Assembly: GCF_006345805.1 (NCBI RefSeq) | Contig: NC_042997.1 | Span: forward strand, 85,436,001-85,500,000 | Direction: 5' to 3' | Source of the DNA: Octopus sinensis | Taxonomy: Eukaryota | DNA: 64,000 nt | Part shown: positions 25,021 to 39,754 of the stretch, one piece after another | How the letters are laid out: each line of letters begins with the position of its first letter | Position numbering within the stretch: position 1 is the first letter of the stretch | Notes under the pieces: model-generated | Seen by the model: the letters and a program-made list of their open reading frames with translations, nothing else | The model's database searches: none | What the model was told of the DNA's origin: nothing | Program-made: the position numbers and the translations under genes

Positions 25021-26184
25021 AAATAAGCAGTGATAAGCAGTGTCTTTTTTAAAAAAATCTCAGTTACAACTGTGAAATTGTTGATAAAACATGTTCTTTG
25101 TCTATCTACTTATTCTCTTTGTGATTTTGGATAAAAAGAAAATTATACAAATGATTCCTTCGAATTTAACTAAATTCTATATTTTTATGCAGCTGAAGAT
25201 TGCTCTACATTTTAAATTGATGTAATGTTTGCATTGTTCAATTAAATGGAGTCACATGAAACGATCATACTGCATTACCTCTGTATATCCTTGTTACTTA
25301 GGGTAAAATTAATTAATAATCAATAATTTTACCAAGTAGTTCAGTATGTTAAAAGAACCATTATCGGTAAACTTAAACAAAAATTTTTTATAATTATGAG
25401 TATAATTATAATTAAGGTTCAGCAAAAATTTGCTTAACCATATACCGAAATTTAGAAATAGCAGTTAAAACTAACTATTTCACTACCATAAGAAAATCTA
25501 TATACATCATCATCATCATCTGCTATTTTTTTTTTCATGGGATGAGTAGGTCAGCAGTATTCTATATTACCAACCCTTTCAGTGTTCTCTATAATCTCAT
25601 TTATGCAATCTAACCGCATCATTTCATCCCATATTCTTTCTTCCCTAGTCTTTGTCGAGCACAGACAACTTCCACTCTCAACATCACAAGGTACATTTTT
25701 ACCCACATCTCATTATAGACTCGTGTTTTACACTCATACCACTATGATCATCACAAACATAATATTGAGTTTATATTTTGCAATGCTCTTAGCATATTTT
25801 TCTAGTTGGCAGAAAAATTAGTTGCCCAGCACACATCACTAGATGTGATCTCCCTGTAACCACTATGAGGCAGATTTAAATTTGAATTGTCAATTAAGTT
25901 AAGTTGTTATTGCAGTAACCAAAAGAAGAGCAACGATCAATGATCAGGGATCTATATTCAGTGATTTTTTTTTCTGCAGGATGAAGATGTGTCAAGGATT
26001 AAAATCCATCAAAGGCCTTCAGTTAATGACAGAAACAGAATTTTACAATTGCTAACTGTCTACAAAACATCATCATCATCGTCATCGTCATCATCATCAT
26101 CATCATCATCATTACCACCACGACCACCACCACCAAAACCACTAACAACCACCACTACCATCATCACCATCCTTCAATATCCAT

Positions 26185-26440
26185 GTTCCATGCTATCCTG
26201 AGTTAGATGGTTTGACAGCATCAAACGAGCCCAAGACACTATTATACTCCAGTGTCTGCTTTGTCATTCTATAAAGCAGTTGGCACTATGGCTGGATACT
26301 CTTCTTAATGCCAACCACTTTACAGCATGCACTGGGTGCGTTTTCCATGCCACCAACACCAGTGGAGTCATCATACAGCTTGCAAGGCTACAAGCAAGTA
26401 TTACACATCAGGAAACAGCCAGACATCAGGCCATGTCCTA
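26185..26440 (-). mobile_element. RTE 3'-tail fragment
   Basis: ccatgttccatgc...ggatactcttcttaatgccaaccactttacag..gtactgggtgc motifs. Confidence 0.65.
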
Positions 26441-27909
26441 TAATGATGACAACACTGAATGATTTTGTGACATGGTTGTGTTAAAGAAAAGGTGACTTTT
26501 GTTGAAGTGAAAATATACAAATATATCGTAGTTCTGCCTATGAAACTATCCACAACAAACTTGACTGGGGTTAATATAATGACAATTTAATTACATTTCA
26601 AGTTCAAACTTGTATTGTTGTGTCTTGTGGGAGACTGCATTTAGTGACATACATACAATTAATTTTCCCACCAACAGAGAAAAAATTGTAAGTGCATTGC
26701 GGATTTTAAATTACTTATGCAGATTTCCTTTGGAGAAAACAGAAAGGAGAGTGGCCTTGGCTAATGCAATAACAATGACAACTTAATTAAATGTTCAAGT
26801 TCAAACTTGAACCATAATGATTGGAGAGAGGTGACTAATTTTGCTGTCAATAGGAAAAAATACTGAGTGTTTGGCAAATGATTACGGACAAACTCTTGTA
26901 ATTACCCTTGTTTATATTAACTTCAGTGTCTGTCTACTCTCTCATCTTGTTTATCCTCATTTTTCATGCAAGTTAATATTACAGTTCTCACAAATTATGC
27001 TCAACCTTTCTCTCTAGCCTCTTGCAGGTTTTTCCTATTCCGTATCTATGCTTATGCTTCTCTGTCATTAACACAAATGTTCTAATATTTTGTACACAGA
27101 GAGAACCCTTTTTTTACAGGTAGGGCTAACACACTGCCCAGTTTAATCTCCAACATTTGGTCTTTGGGTTCTTTTAGGAGTGACATTCACAATGCTGTAA
27201 GTATTCAGACCAAACTCTCCTTGCTCAAACATTTCCTTTTTAACTTGCTGAGCATGGAGAAAGGGACAGTAACTCACAGACTTTGGAAGCCATTCAAGCT
27301 TGGTGAAAATGAATGATGCTATCAATGTTCAACCTAAACCATTACAAGTCAACACACACAGGAAAGACATAAGAAAGGAGATAACACAGGGCCAACATTT
27401 TGGATAAGAATGATTGTGAATAGTCATCAGAGTAGGTCCTAAGTGGGGGTTGAACACAACAAGGCAGATGAGAGAAGCAGGAACAAGTGAGGAGGGATTG
27501 CCTGTGTGGACATAGTACAAGTCCAGCCAGTTCAAAGGCCCATGGCTGTTATATTTACAGTAGAAAAGACAGAGGAAGAAGACAGCATACCTGTGGGCCA
27601 AAGACTGGAATGTACTGGTGAGTGATTTTATGACCTTCTCTTCATCTCTTCACGTAATTTAGAATTGGCTTACTTCTCTACCAATAGACTACTCTACAAA
27701 TGTTCACATGGGGCATCAAGTGAACCAGTATCACACCAGTCTAGGAGGACCTATAAAGTCATTGTCACACTCTCTTTCCACCCTTGAATAACTTATCTTC
27801 TCACCGCTACTGCCACTATCACTAAATAAAAGAAATATATAATAGCTTAATAAATTCTCCTCTGCAATTTCTTACTCCCGTTAATATATTCTTTCACTAA
27901 GGCAATAAC

Positions 27910-28090
27910 CTGACAGAATTGTTAGCATGACAGGCAAAATGCTTAGTGACATTTCATTCATCTTTACATTTTGAGTTCAAATCCTGCCAAGGTCAGCTTT
28001 GTCTTTCAACCTTTCTGAGTTGATAAGATATGTACCAGCTGAATACTGGGATCAATGAAATTACTGGCCTTGTGCCACAATTAGAAACCA
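27910..28090 (+). mobile_element. SINE family B
   Basis: gttagcatgacaggcaaaatgcttag...gagttcaaatcc...gtaccagctgaatactggg...ccttgtgcc. Confidence 0.75.
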
Positions 28091-28569
28091 ATATAGTCTT
28101 TCACAGCAAATACCTAACTACAGCACTGACTAATTACTGAAAATCATAAACCAACAACTACATCTAGTGAACCAGCTCAACCAGTTTCTGGTCCTATCTC
28201 CAAGGGTGTATGTACTGTTAAGTATGCCTGCACATCAAAGCTATATATTCAAACCGTTAGCATTAAACTTTGGTGTGAAAATATTGTTCTATCTGATGAC
28301 ATGACTGGGCAAATATTCAAGAGATGTAATGTCATTTCTTGAAGCAATGTATCAATTAACAGTAGTTGATCAATCATTCAATAATTTCACCAAGGTGAAG
28401 TATTAATTGATAAAAGTGGAAAGAGTGATTGCAATACACCTAAACTCTCTTGTGTGTGTTTACGCCAAACACTGAGAAGTTCTCTTTAATTCATACCGAC
28501 TTTAACTCTGTTTTTGCATGCTTGTGTTTATAGCTATTCACACACACAATACATACATATATATATAGT

Positions 28570-28617
<48 letters not shown>

Positions 28618-28618
28618 C

Positions 28619-28681
<63 letters not shown>

Positions 28682-29092
28682 CATATATATACATATACAT
28701 ACATATATATATATAACACACATATATATATATATATATATACATATATCTATACACACATATATATACATATATATATACATATATATATAAACATATA
28801 TATATATATACATATAAATATATGCATAAACACATATATATATGTATGTATATGTGTGTGTGTATGTGTATGTGTGTGAGCATGTGTGTGTGTGTAAATA
28901 ATTCTCTTTTGCTCTCCCTCTGTCCATCTTTCCATCCATCAATCTCTCCAGCCATACAAACTATGAATATTTGCCAATAACAGTCTTAACAATAGCCAGT
29001 ATATTTAGCTCACTGGTTGTTCTTTGTACAGAAAATAGAGCACAAGTACACACTGTATGAATTAATATATATATACGTAGGGATTGTGTGCA

Positions 29093-29142
<50 letters not shown>

Positions 29143-29269
29143 GGGGAAAGAAATAAATAGATAGATATATAGCTACATACATACATACATACATACATAC
29201 ATAAATACATACATACATACAAATGTATTTGCATACATAAATTAATAACTATAAATTAATATACATACA

Positions 29270-29700
29270 CGTCATCATCATCATTTAATATCAATTTTAC
29301 ATACTGGCATGGGTTGGACAGTTTAACAGGAGCTGGCTAGACAGAAAACAGTTTAACAGGAGCTGGCTAGGCAGAAGACTGCACCAGTTGGTTAGGCAGA
29401 AAACAGTCTAACAGGAGCTGGCTAGGCAGAAGACTGCACATGGTTTTTACGGCTTGATGCCCTTATCAACTCCAACAATTTTACAGAATGGACTGAGTGT
29501 TTTTTATGTGGCAGCAGCACCAGCAAAGTCTGTTTTGGCATGATTTTTACAGCTGGATGCCCTTCCAAATACCAACCATTTTACAGTATGTACTGGATGC
29601 AGCAGCACTGGCAGGGTGACCAAGTAATTTGCAAGACAAAAATCCTTTGAGTGGTCGGAGGGATTTGGAGGAAGTGGCCTTGTGCCAAGTGATGAAAGGT
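29270..29700 (-). mobile_element. RTE 3'-tail fragment with internal 30-bp unit repeated x3 (29319-29440)
   Basis: acagtttaacaggagctggctag repeated; gctggatgcccttcc motif. Confidence 0.75.
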
Positions 29701-30629
29701 TAGAGAGAGCGTAACAGAGGGATAGAAATACACATACATACACACACACACACACACATATGAAAAGCTCAGAATATAAAGATTTGGACCAAATACCACA
29801 AGGTATTTTGTCAAACAATTCAACAATTCAATACTTCTGCCAATCCACTGCCTTTTACTAGTACCCTGTTTTGTCAATCCCGGAGAAGTGAATTACAAAA
29901 TTGCATTTAGCAGAATTTGATCTTATCATCGCTACCACCACTATCCTCATCATCGCTACCACCACTATCCTCAATATCATCATCATTTAACATTCATGTT
30001 GCCAGTATCAGATGGGCCCAAGGACTGCTTTGTGCGTCAGTGTCTTTGAAATGGTTTGTACTATTTGGCTGCTCTTTCTAACATAAACCACTTTACAGCA
30101 TATACTGGGTGCACTTTTTTTCTTATGTCACCAACACTAATAAGATCATTATGCAGCTTGCAAGACTACTAACCCCACGTGTGTGCAATCTTATGCTAGG
30201 AGATAAGGAACGAAGAGGGGTAAAGTATAAGCGAAAAGGGCCGGAACAAAACAGGTTTCTTGCTATCAAGGAGCTACATAACAACTCACATTTTAGAAGA
30301 GAAAGTAGAAGTGATTGAGTGGAGATAGGAAACGACAAAGATAAATAGTTGTGATGAGGTATCAGGGTGGACCTTCAAGGTATAAAATGGGTAGGAATGA
30401 GTGGGACAGAGAAGCTAGAAGTGAGTAGAGTGAGTAGGGGATGTCTGAGAGTGTGAAGCAACAGAATAGAAATGATGATACAATATACAGGATGATGAAA
30501 GAGAGATGACATGCTGTTGGGTAGGTTGCAAGTGGATGGGGAAGAGAGAAGCAGATGCTGTAAGGCATTTGCTCAATGCCCTAACAATTCTGCCAAGCTG
30601 CTGCTCTGATGTGATCTATCTTTACCAAT

Positions 30630-30964
30630 TACCTTTCATTTGTTTCAGTCATTGGACTGCAGCCATGCTGGGCTACTGCCTTGAAGGGCTGAAGTCAAAT
30701 AAATTGACCCCAGTAATTATTCTAGTGTCTTCTATCTCTCTGTTATAATTTACTTGCTTCAGTTATTGGACTGCAGCCATGCTGGGACACTACCTTAAAA
30801 GGTTTAAGCCAAATAAATTAACCTCAGTAATTATTTTCTTCAGTCTGGTAATTATTCTATCAATTTCTCTTGCCAAACAGCTTAGTTATGGGGCTGGAAA
30901 CAAACAAATGCTGATTGCCAAGTGGTGATGGGGACAAACATATATATATATAAACACACACGTG

Positions 30965-31002
<38 letters not shown>

Positions 31003-31195
31003 ACACTCACACACACACACATATATATAGATACAAGTTTTCACACAGTTTCTGTCTACCAAAATCTTTCACAATTCATTAGTCAGCCTGGGGCTATAAT
31101 AGAAGACACTTGCCCAAGATGTCATGCAGTGACACTGAACTCAAAACCATCTGGTTGCAAAGTGAGCTTCTTAACTACACAGCCAAGCTACTGCA
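30630..31195 (-). mobile_element. SINE family A (tail partly duplicated)
   Basis: ttcagtcattggactgcagccatgctggg twice; gaagacacttgcccaag...cttaactacacagcc. Confidence 0.75.
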
Positions 31196-31529
31196 ATAGC
31201 ATTTCATGTTATTGACAAAAGATTAAAGAAAAAAGGCAAAGTTTGAACTTGGTAGGATTTCAGCTCAGCATGTACAGATTCAGAACAAAACAACTGAAGG
31301 CATTTTGCCAATAGTCTAAAAGAAACACTAAGCTACTGTACTGGACAGTGCTGGTGTTATTTTATCAACACCAGAAGGATGAAAGGTAAAATTAAGTTCA
31401 GAAGTATTAGAACTCAAAATATAAAATGCCATAACAAATACCACAAAGATGTATAGTCCAAGGCCATAACCATTCTACCAGTTCACAAGCTCAGTCATAA
31501 TTCTTTCTATTCTGGGCATATCAATCTCA

Positions 31530-32050
31530 TCATCATCATCATCACTTAACATCCGTTTTTTCCCTACTAGCATAGGTTAAATGGCTTGACTGGAGCTGAT
31601 AATCTAGAAAGCTGCACATGCTCCAGTCATTGGTTTTGGCTTGGTTTCTACAGCTGGATGCTCTTCCTAATGCCAGCCACATTACAGACTGTACTGGGCG
31701 TCTTTCACATGTCACCAGCACAAATGCTCTTTATGTGGCACTGGCATGGGTACCTTTTATGTGTCACTGACTCAGTGCCCTTTTATGTCTCATCAGCCCA
31801 AGTGCCTTTTACACATCACCAGCACAGGTGCCGTTTTATATGTCACCAGCCTGGGTGCCATTTATATATCACTAACACAGGTACATTTCACATGTCACTC
31901 AACTTGATGTGTCTCCTCAAGCACAGCAAATCATCAGAAGCCTCAGTCCCTTGCCATCTCCTCTGAGAGACTAAATAACTAAAGATCATATTTCACCACC
32001 TCATCCCATATCTTCCTGGTTCCATCCCTTCCACAAGTTCCATCATGCAC
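31530..32050 (-). mobile_element. RTE 3'-tail fragment
   Basis: (cat)n tail, tctacagctggatgctcttcctaatgcc, repeated gtcaccagc units, cccatatcttcctgg coding remnant. Confidence 0.75.
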
Positions 32051-32059
32051 AAGACATGA

Positions 32060-32250
32060 AATTCTGAGATAGGGAACAAGTCAATTTACATCAACACCAT
32101 TACTTAGCTGGTACTTTATTTTCATGATCCTGAAAGGATGAAAGGCAAAGTCAGCCTTGGTGACATTTGAACTCAGGATGCAAGGCTCAAAGAAATGTTG
32201 CTAACCATTTTGTCTGGAGAGATTAATGATTCGAACAGCTTGCCGCCATC
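32060..32250 (-). mobile_element. SINE family B
   Basis: ggtactttattttcatgatcctgaaaggatgaaaggcaaagtc...tttgaactcag. Confidence 0.75.
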
Positions 32251-32812
32251 TCAGTAATAATGTTGCAGAATATATATTGCACATAATTAATTCTGAAACT
32301 GTTGTAAAAACAATAATGAAAAAATATAGAAATAAAAAGCAAACATCAATTAATTCATTAAATCAATCGTCAAAGTAATTTATATTCATCTTTCTGATTG
32401 CATTCAATTAATATGGTTCACTGTGGCTTTTTACTTTTGCTTTTAATATTTGCCCAGCACTCAGCAACATGCTGCTCCAAGTACACCACCAAACACCACC
32501 ACCACCACAACTACTACTATCATGAGACAGTGAGGGAGACTATGTTGTTACTTGACTTAGATAACTTAGATATGTTTCGACCAGAGATTGGTCCAGGCCA
32601 TGTCTAACATAATAGCACCAGCTGAATTGCTAGAAAAAGCAACCAAATCAACATTAAAACATTCCCCCACCACCATGTCAAACAAGATATGCTAGATAAT
32701 ATGGTCCTGAGTTCCTAACACCTTGTAAGACGATGTGATGGTCATGGTAAGAAAACAGACTGTTCAGTGAGGACTGACTTGGAGTTAAACAATATCAGCA
32801 ATAGCAACTGCA

Positions 32813-32861
<49 letters not shown>

Positions 32862-32869
32862 ATAATAAT

Positions 32870-32953
32870 AATAATAATAATAATGATGATGATGATAATA
32901 ATAACAACAACAACAACAACACTAACAATAATAACAATAACAACAACAATAAA

Positions 32954-32994
<41 letters not shown>

Positions 32995-33324
32995 TGATAA
33001 TAACAACAACAACAGCAACAACAACAACACTAACAATAATAACAATAACAACAATAAAAATAATAATGAAAATAATTTTTTTCTGCTATAGGCACATGGC
33101 CTGAAATTTTGGAGGTGGGAGTAGTCGATTACATCGACCCCAGTTCGTAACTGGCACTTATTTTATTGACTCTGAAAGGATAAAAGGCAAAGTTGATCTT
33201 GATAGAATTTCAATTCAGAACATAATGATGGATGAAATACTGCTAAGTACTTTTCCCAGCATGCTAACGATTCTGCTAATTCACTGCCTTAAGCTATTAC
33301 TACTACTACTACTACTACTACTAC

Positions 33325-33363
<39 letters not shown>

Positions 33364-33416
33364 TGATGATAATGATGATGATGATGAGGAGGAGGAGGAT
33401 GACTGCCTTAAGCTAT

Positions 33417-33454
<38 letters not shown>

Positions 33455-33566
33455 TAATAATAATAATAATAATAATAATATAATAATATAATAATGATGA
33501 TGATGATAATAATAACAACAACAACAACACAACACTAACAATAATAACAATAACAACAACAATAAA

Positions 33567-33604
<38 letters not shown>

Positions 33605-33928
33605 TGATGATAATAACAACAACAACAGCAACAACAACAACACTAACAATAATAACAATAACAACAATAAAAATAATAATGAAAATAATTTTTTTCTGCT
33701 ATAGGCACATGGCCTGAAATTTTGGAGGTGGGAGTAGTCGATTACATCGACCCCAGTTCGTAACTGGCACTTATTTTATTGACTCTGAAAGGATAAAAGG
33801 CAAAGTTGATCTTGATAGAATTTCAATTCAGAACATAATGATGGATGAAATACTGCTAAGTACTTTTCCCAGCATGCTAACGATTCTGCTAATTCACTGC
33901 CTTAAGCTATTACTACTACTACTACTAC

Positions 33929-33961
<33 letters not shown>

Positions 33962-34014
33962 TGATGATAATGATGATGATGATGAGGAGGAGGAGGATGA
34001 CTGCCTTAAGCTAT

Positions 34015-34088
<74 letters not shown>

Positions 34089-34090
34089 TA
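32870..34090. repeat. ~613-bp tandem duplication (trinucleotide block + SINE B)
   Basis: SINE B at about 33080-33290 and 33695-33900 reads identically; only repeat-run lengths differ. Identical ORF starts at 33225 and 33838. Confidence 0.92.
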
Positions 34091-34179
34091 ATAATAATGA
34101 TAATAATAATAATAATGATGATGATGATGATGATGATAATAATCAAAAATCAAAATCATAAGCAAATCAAGATCAAAAT

Positions 34180-34625
34180 CAAAATGGAAATTGTAGTTGT
34201 GTCCGATGCCAGTGCCACCTGACTGGCACCCATGCTGGTGGCACGTAATAAGCACTATTCAAGCATGGGTCGATGTCAGTGCCGCCTGACTGGCTCTGTG
34301 CTGGTGGTACATAAAAACACCATCCGAACATGGTTGATGTCAGTCCCCACCCCACTGATTGACTCCTGTGCTGGTGGAACATAAAAAGCACCATCCAAAT
34401 GTGGCCGATGCCAGTACTACCTGACTGGCTCCCATGCTAGTGTCATGTAAAAAGCACCCACTACACTCTTGGAGTGGTTGGTGTTAGGAAGGGCATCTAG
34501 CTGTAGAAACCTTGCCAGATCAGATTGGAACTTGGTGCAGCCTGCTGGCTTGTCAGTCTCCAGTCAAACCATCCAACCCATGCCAGCTTGGAAAACAGAT
34601 GTTAAACGATGATGATGACGATGAT
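34180..34625 (+). mobile_element. RTE 3'-tail fragment
   Basis: Repeated gatgccagtgccacctgactggc units, ttaggaagggcatctagctgtagaaac, (GAT)n tail. Confidence 0.8.
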
Positions 34626-34629
34626 TGTA

Positions 34630-35105
34630 CAAAAATCTTCAGTATTCAAGATGTTGGCATGAAATAGAAAACAGTGTCAATGGTAACTTGAGCATTGGGT
34701 CAGATAAAAAACTGTTTTAACAAAAATGTAGAAACTATACCTGGACCCTCAACACTACACACTATCCAAAAGTAGCCCTGCTGGGAATAGCCCACATCAA
34801 TTCAATAGTACAACCTAAATAAAAAACAATCTACAAACACAAGAAACACTCTATACAGTAAATATCCAATAAAATAAACAGCCACCACATGTACTCTACA
34901 GGCCAGATACCCAACACAAGAAAACAACTCACATTACACATAATACAAACACTAGTACAACAATAGACTCAAGCCAAACCCCATAACAAAAACAATACAG
35001 AGAATAGTTTATACTCCCATAACAAAGCAAAAAACAAAAACACACAATACTGCGTACTCTTCAGCAACATAGAGGTGATGCAATAGAAATTTGCCTGAAA
35101 TCTCA

Positions 35106-35150
<45 letters not shown>
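34630..35150 (+). pseudogene. R4/Dong-like LINE 3' end with (AAT)n tail
   Basis: ..*ALGQIKN...ETIPGPST...QKVALLGIAHI remnant, A/C-rich UTR, (aat)n tail. Confidence 0.6.
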
Positions 35151-35154
<4 letters not shown>

Positions 35155-35179
35155 TTAATAATAACAATGATATTAATAA

Positions 35180-35395
35180 TCCTTTCTACTATAGGCACAA
35201 GGTCTGAAATTTTGTGGGGAGAGAACTAGTCAAGTACATTTACCTCCAGTGTTTTAATGGTACTCATTTTATTGACCCTGAAAGGATTAAAGGCAAAGTC
35301 AACCTCAATGGAATTTGAACTCAGATCATAAAGACAGACAAAATGTCGCAAAGCATCTTGCCCAGCATGCTAACAATTCTACCAGATTGCCACCT
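35180..35395 (-). mobile_element. SINE family B
   Basis: cctttctactataggcacaagg...gaccctgaaaggattaaaggcaaagtcaacc...gcatgctaacaattctaccag. Confidence 0.8.
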
Positions 35396-36654
35396 TGTTT
35401 GAAGGGGGAGGGAGGAGGAGGATTTTTTACATAGATATAGAAATTTGAATAGTAGTTTACTTCATTGAGCCCAGAAGAATGAAAATCAAAAACCAATAAT
35501 GACAAAATTTGAAGTGAGTTCAGAAAGTAAAGAACCAAAAACAAATACCACGAGATATTCTTCAATCACCAGTAATAGACTAACCAATCCTGTTCTCAAC
35601 TACTCTCATTCTCTTTATAATAACAACAGCAACAACAAGAAAAGAGCAACAACACTAACATGCATGAGTAAAAGCAAATGTTGCTTAAAGAACATTTCAA
35701 ATATTTTTCACTTATTTTTTTTCTTCATTTTCATTGAAAAACACCACACATGTTTCTTTTTTCCTATCTCAAGGAATTACATTAGAATATTCTTACTATA
35801 GTAAAAGTCTGTTTATGTTTAACAAATTTCATAATGTTAATGTGAAATCGTCCAGGAAGCCATTTTGGAAAAATTCAAAAGCAAATTTCTGTCACAAAGA
35901 TTTGTGTATTTTTGTTTTAATATTTTACATATTTATTTTATCTATTTATTTATTCTATTTATTTTATTTATTCATCTTTTTCCCGTAAAAGCTTTAGATA
36001 TGTTAAAAGCAACACCAAAAAAGGAAAAACAAACAAAACAAGGAAACAAAAAATAATTCAGGATGTTTTAACCTGTTCAACATTTTATGATGTTTGTGTG
36101 AAATTGTCCGTGTAAAGGCATGACTAGACATTTCATGGAAAAGATGAAACAACAACAAATAAAAAAAATAAATGAATAAATAAATAAACATGGGGTGGCA
36201 GGAAAGGAAAATAACTATGATACAGTTGATAAGATATTGATAGAGTAGCAGTTTAACATAATTTGGCAGAAAATTGAAAGGAAATTTATTTGAATGAAAT
36301 AAAATGATTTTGTGTCTGTGAATTTGACTATTTGGTTCTTTCAAGTTTTTTCTGTATAATTCTCTTTTCTTTTCGTTTTTATGTCTGAACTCAAATGAAA
36401 ATAGAAAATAGAAAACAAAATGAAAAATGACAACATATGCATAGGCATAGTTGCGTGGTTAAGTAGTTTTTCTTTGCAATCCTGTGGCTTCAGTTTCAAT
36501 CCTACTTCTCAACATCTTCAACATCTGCCTTTTTACTATAACCTTGAATTGACTCATGTCCTTTTAAAATAAGATAGAAAGCATGTAGAAGCTCACTGTA
36601 GCATACACACACACACACATATTTCATCATTTTATGTCTGTTTTCCATGCTAGC

Positions 36655-36679
<25 letters not shown>

Positions 36680-36686
<7 letters not shown>

Positions 36687-36925
36687 GCGCCCTTTTTAAA
36701 GCCTATCCAGGGTCATGGGCCTGGTTTCTATGGTGTATGTGTTCCCCAGCTGGATGGGACACCAGTCCATCGCAGTGTTACTCATTTTTGCCAGCTGAGT
36801 GGACTGCAGCAACATGAAATGAAGTGTTTTGCTCAAGAACACAACGCGTCACCCGGTCTAGAAATCAAAACCACAATTTTACGATCATGATGCTGACACC
36901 CTAACCACTAAGCCACATGCCTCCA
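36680..36925 (-). mobile_element. SINE family C
   Basis: Reverse complement of the 3917-4170 family (aagtgttttgctcaagaacacaac, ccctaaccactaagccac). Confidence 0.85.
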
Positions 36926-37044
36926 CTATATATATATATAATATATATATATATATTTGTGTATTAAGTTCACTCACCTGTAGAAATGAGTTGTGATGTC
37001 ATTGGTGCCAAGCTGTATCAGCCTTTGCCTTTCCCTTGGATGTC

Positions 37045-37745
37045 ATGCAAGAGAGGATGAAACCAATAAACTGTCCACAGTCTGTCTACCCTATGTGAAA
37101 GACTTCTCTGGAAAGATACAAAAGATATGCGGCCCATATGACATCAGGACAATATTCAAAAGTAATACAACACTTCGCAAATATCTCCTTCAAGTAAAAC
37201 CACCAAAAGAAGAGAATATGACTAAGAACTGCATGTACTCCATCCCATGCAGCTGTGGTACGCTATACAAAGGCGAAACATGCTGCCCCCTCAAAATAAG
37301 GGTAGAGGAACATCACAAAGCTGCGACATAGGGAGATATTGATAAATTGAGTATAGCTGACCTTGTATGGAAAAATGGAAACCACCTCCCCCGGTGGGAT
37401 GAAGATAAAATAATAGACAGAGAACACCACTGGAAAATACGAAAACTAAAAGAAGCAGCACATATGTTAGGATACAACAACCTCCTAAGCAGACCAAGTG
37501 CAGATATGAGTAGCATATGGGAACCGGTATTAAGGAAGGATACAAAAATATTTGATTTATAAGCCCTAATTGCCCACGGGCATATGACATAGGGGTTAAG
37601 AGCTCGGGCTACTAACCCCAAGATTCTGAGTTCAGTTCCAAGCAGTGACCTGAATAATGATAATAATGATAATAACATCGAAAAATACCTTAGATGAGGA
37701 CAAATGTTACTCATTTACCTTAGATTAGGACAAATGTAAATAAAG
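37045..37745 (+). pseudogene. Penelope-like element: GIY-YIG endonuclease fragment plus LTR remnant
   Basis: LPYVKDFSGKIQKIC..YDIRTIFKSNTTLRKYL...KNCMYSIPCSCGTLYKGETCCPLKIRVEEH..*..IADLVW...EHHWKIRKLKEAAH; in-frame stop at about 37331. Confidence 0.88.
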
Positions 37746-38163
37746 CTACTTATAATGTTGAGGCAATACATACCAATACATACCAATGAAAATACTGCAA
37801 TCAATATCATCATCTAACCATACGGCGGACGGTATGAGGAATAACATAATTATAGGCCTTTCATCATCTTCATCACCATCGTCATCATCATAATTGTTGT
37901 TGTCATCATCATCGTCATCATTGTCATCCTCATCATCACCATTGTTGCCATCATCACCATTGTCATTGTCATCATCATCACCATCATTGTCAACATCATC
38001 ATCATCATTATCATCATCATCATCATCATTGCCATCACTATTATCATCATCTGTTTGATCATGGTTGGCCTGGTTGAACAACAACAACAACAACAAATGC
38101 TTGGGATGTTACCTGGAAGAATACAAAAAAAAAAATACCCCACACCCTGGAGCACCAGCTTAC

Positions 38164-38210
38164 CTTGCAATTCCACACATTTCATTTTCAGACCAACATT
38201 CTCAACCTTT
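38164..38210 (-). other. Candidate internal exon (47 nt) of an unidentified minus-strand transcript
   Basis: Acceptor ctctttattcag|A, donor CAAG|gtaagc. Single open frame KVENVGLKMKCVELQ (phase 2 to 1). Confidence 0.42.
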
Positions 38211-38382
38211 CTGAATAAAGAGTAAAAGAGAAACACATAAATCTAAGAGAAATGATGGTTATCTAACGAAAAAGACTGAGTGCAAGTAGCTTGGAAATTT
38301 GGTCTTTCTGGCAGTTTGGTTAAAAGAAACAGAAAGGGAAGAAAGAGAGGAACGAACAAGAGAGAACTTTAACAGGAAGTTA

Positions 38383-38416
<34 letters not shown>

Positions 38417-38422
38417 TAATAA

Positions 38423-38453
<31 letters not shown>

Positions 38454-39295
38454 AAGAAGAACTTTAAATCTCTGAGCGAGAAATTTGTTGTAACAGTGCT
38501 GTACAGTAAACTCTATTTGCCAACACAACTTGGCAGTCCTAAAACAATAATGATAGTGATGATGATGAAGGTGGTGGTGGTGGCAGTGGCAGTGGTGGTG
38601 GTGGTGATGGACATTCATTATCATCGTAGTTGTAGTTGTGGTAGTTGTTGTGGAGGATTTGGTAGTGAAGGAGGAGGTGGTGTTAATAACGATGATGAGG
38701 AAGAGGAGGAGAAGGAAGAGAAGAAAAAGGGTAAGAAATAAAAGTAAACAAGGAAGAAGAAAAAGAAGGAAAAGAAAAAAGGAAGAAAAGCAAGAAGAAA
38801 GAAAAGGGGAAGGAAAATAAAGAGAGAGGAGTAGGAGGAAAATAGAGAGTGTGTTGGGTAAGTAGACTGTAGAAGAACCACGTATCAGACAACGTAAGAG
38901 GAAAAAGAAAAAACAAAGCTGTGCTATCAGAATTCATCAGAATCCAAATAATTTGGAGATCAAGAACAGACAAAAATTTGATTTTCAATTGTTTAATGAC
39001 TCTCTTTTCTCTTCCAACCTTTTCTCTCTCCTTCTTTTTTTCTCCCTCTCTCTTCCATTCTCTCTCTTGGTGTTAAGGAATGGTACTGTTTTTCTCCAAG
39101 CATATGAAGATTAAGCCAAATTGGTAAATTACAGATGTTGCCTTGATATCAGAAATAGTTACACTTTTGATTCCATCTGTTCTTGAAATCAAATATTTAC
39201 ACGTGTATATGTGTCTGAACATGTATCTCAACATATATCATCATCATCATCATCATCATCATCATTTAGCATCATTTATACATATATATATACAA

Positions 39296-39380
<85 letters not shown>

Positions 39381-39675
39381 TGTATGTATGCATGTATGTG
39401 TGTGTATATGTATATATGTATATATCTATCTATCTATATATATATATAAATACATATATATATATATATACATATATATGTGTATGTTTGAGTGTGTGTG
39501 TTTGTGTGTATCTGTGTGCCTGAGTCTGTGTGTGTGTCTGTGTGTAATTTTATTCTTATGATTTATACTAGAAAGAAACTACTTATTACATCATCATGGT
39601 ATCATCTCTTTGCTGCCAAGGAAGAACCATAATAATTGACCTGAACATCTTACAGCTTATTTTTATTCTTTTAAA

Positions 39676-39689
<14 letters not shown>

Positions 39690-39754
<65 letters not shown>

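Noticed and set aside
37746-38096. Asp-rich biomineralisation-type protein
   Set aside because: Degenerate (GAT)n microsatellite with no supported start or splice context.
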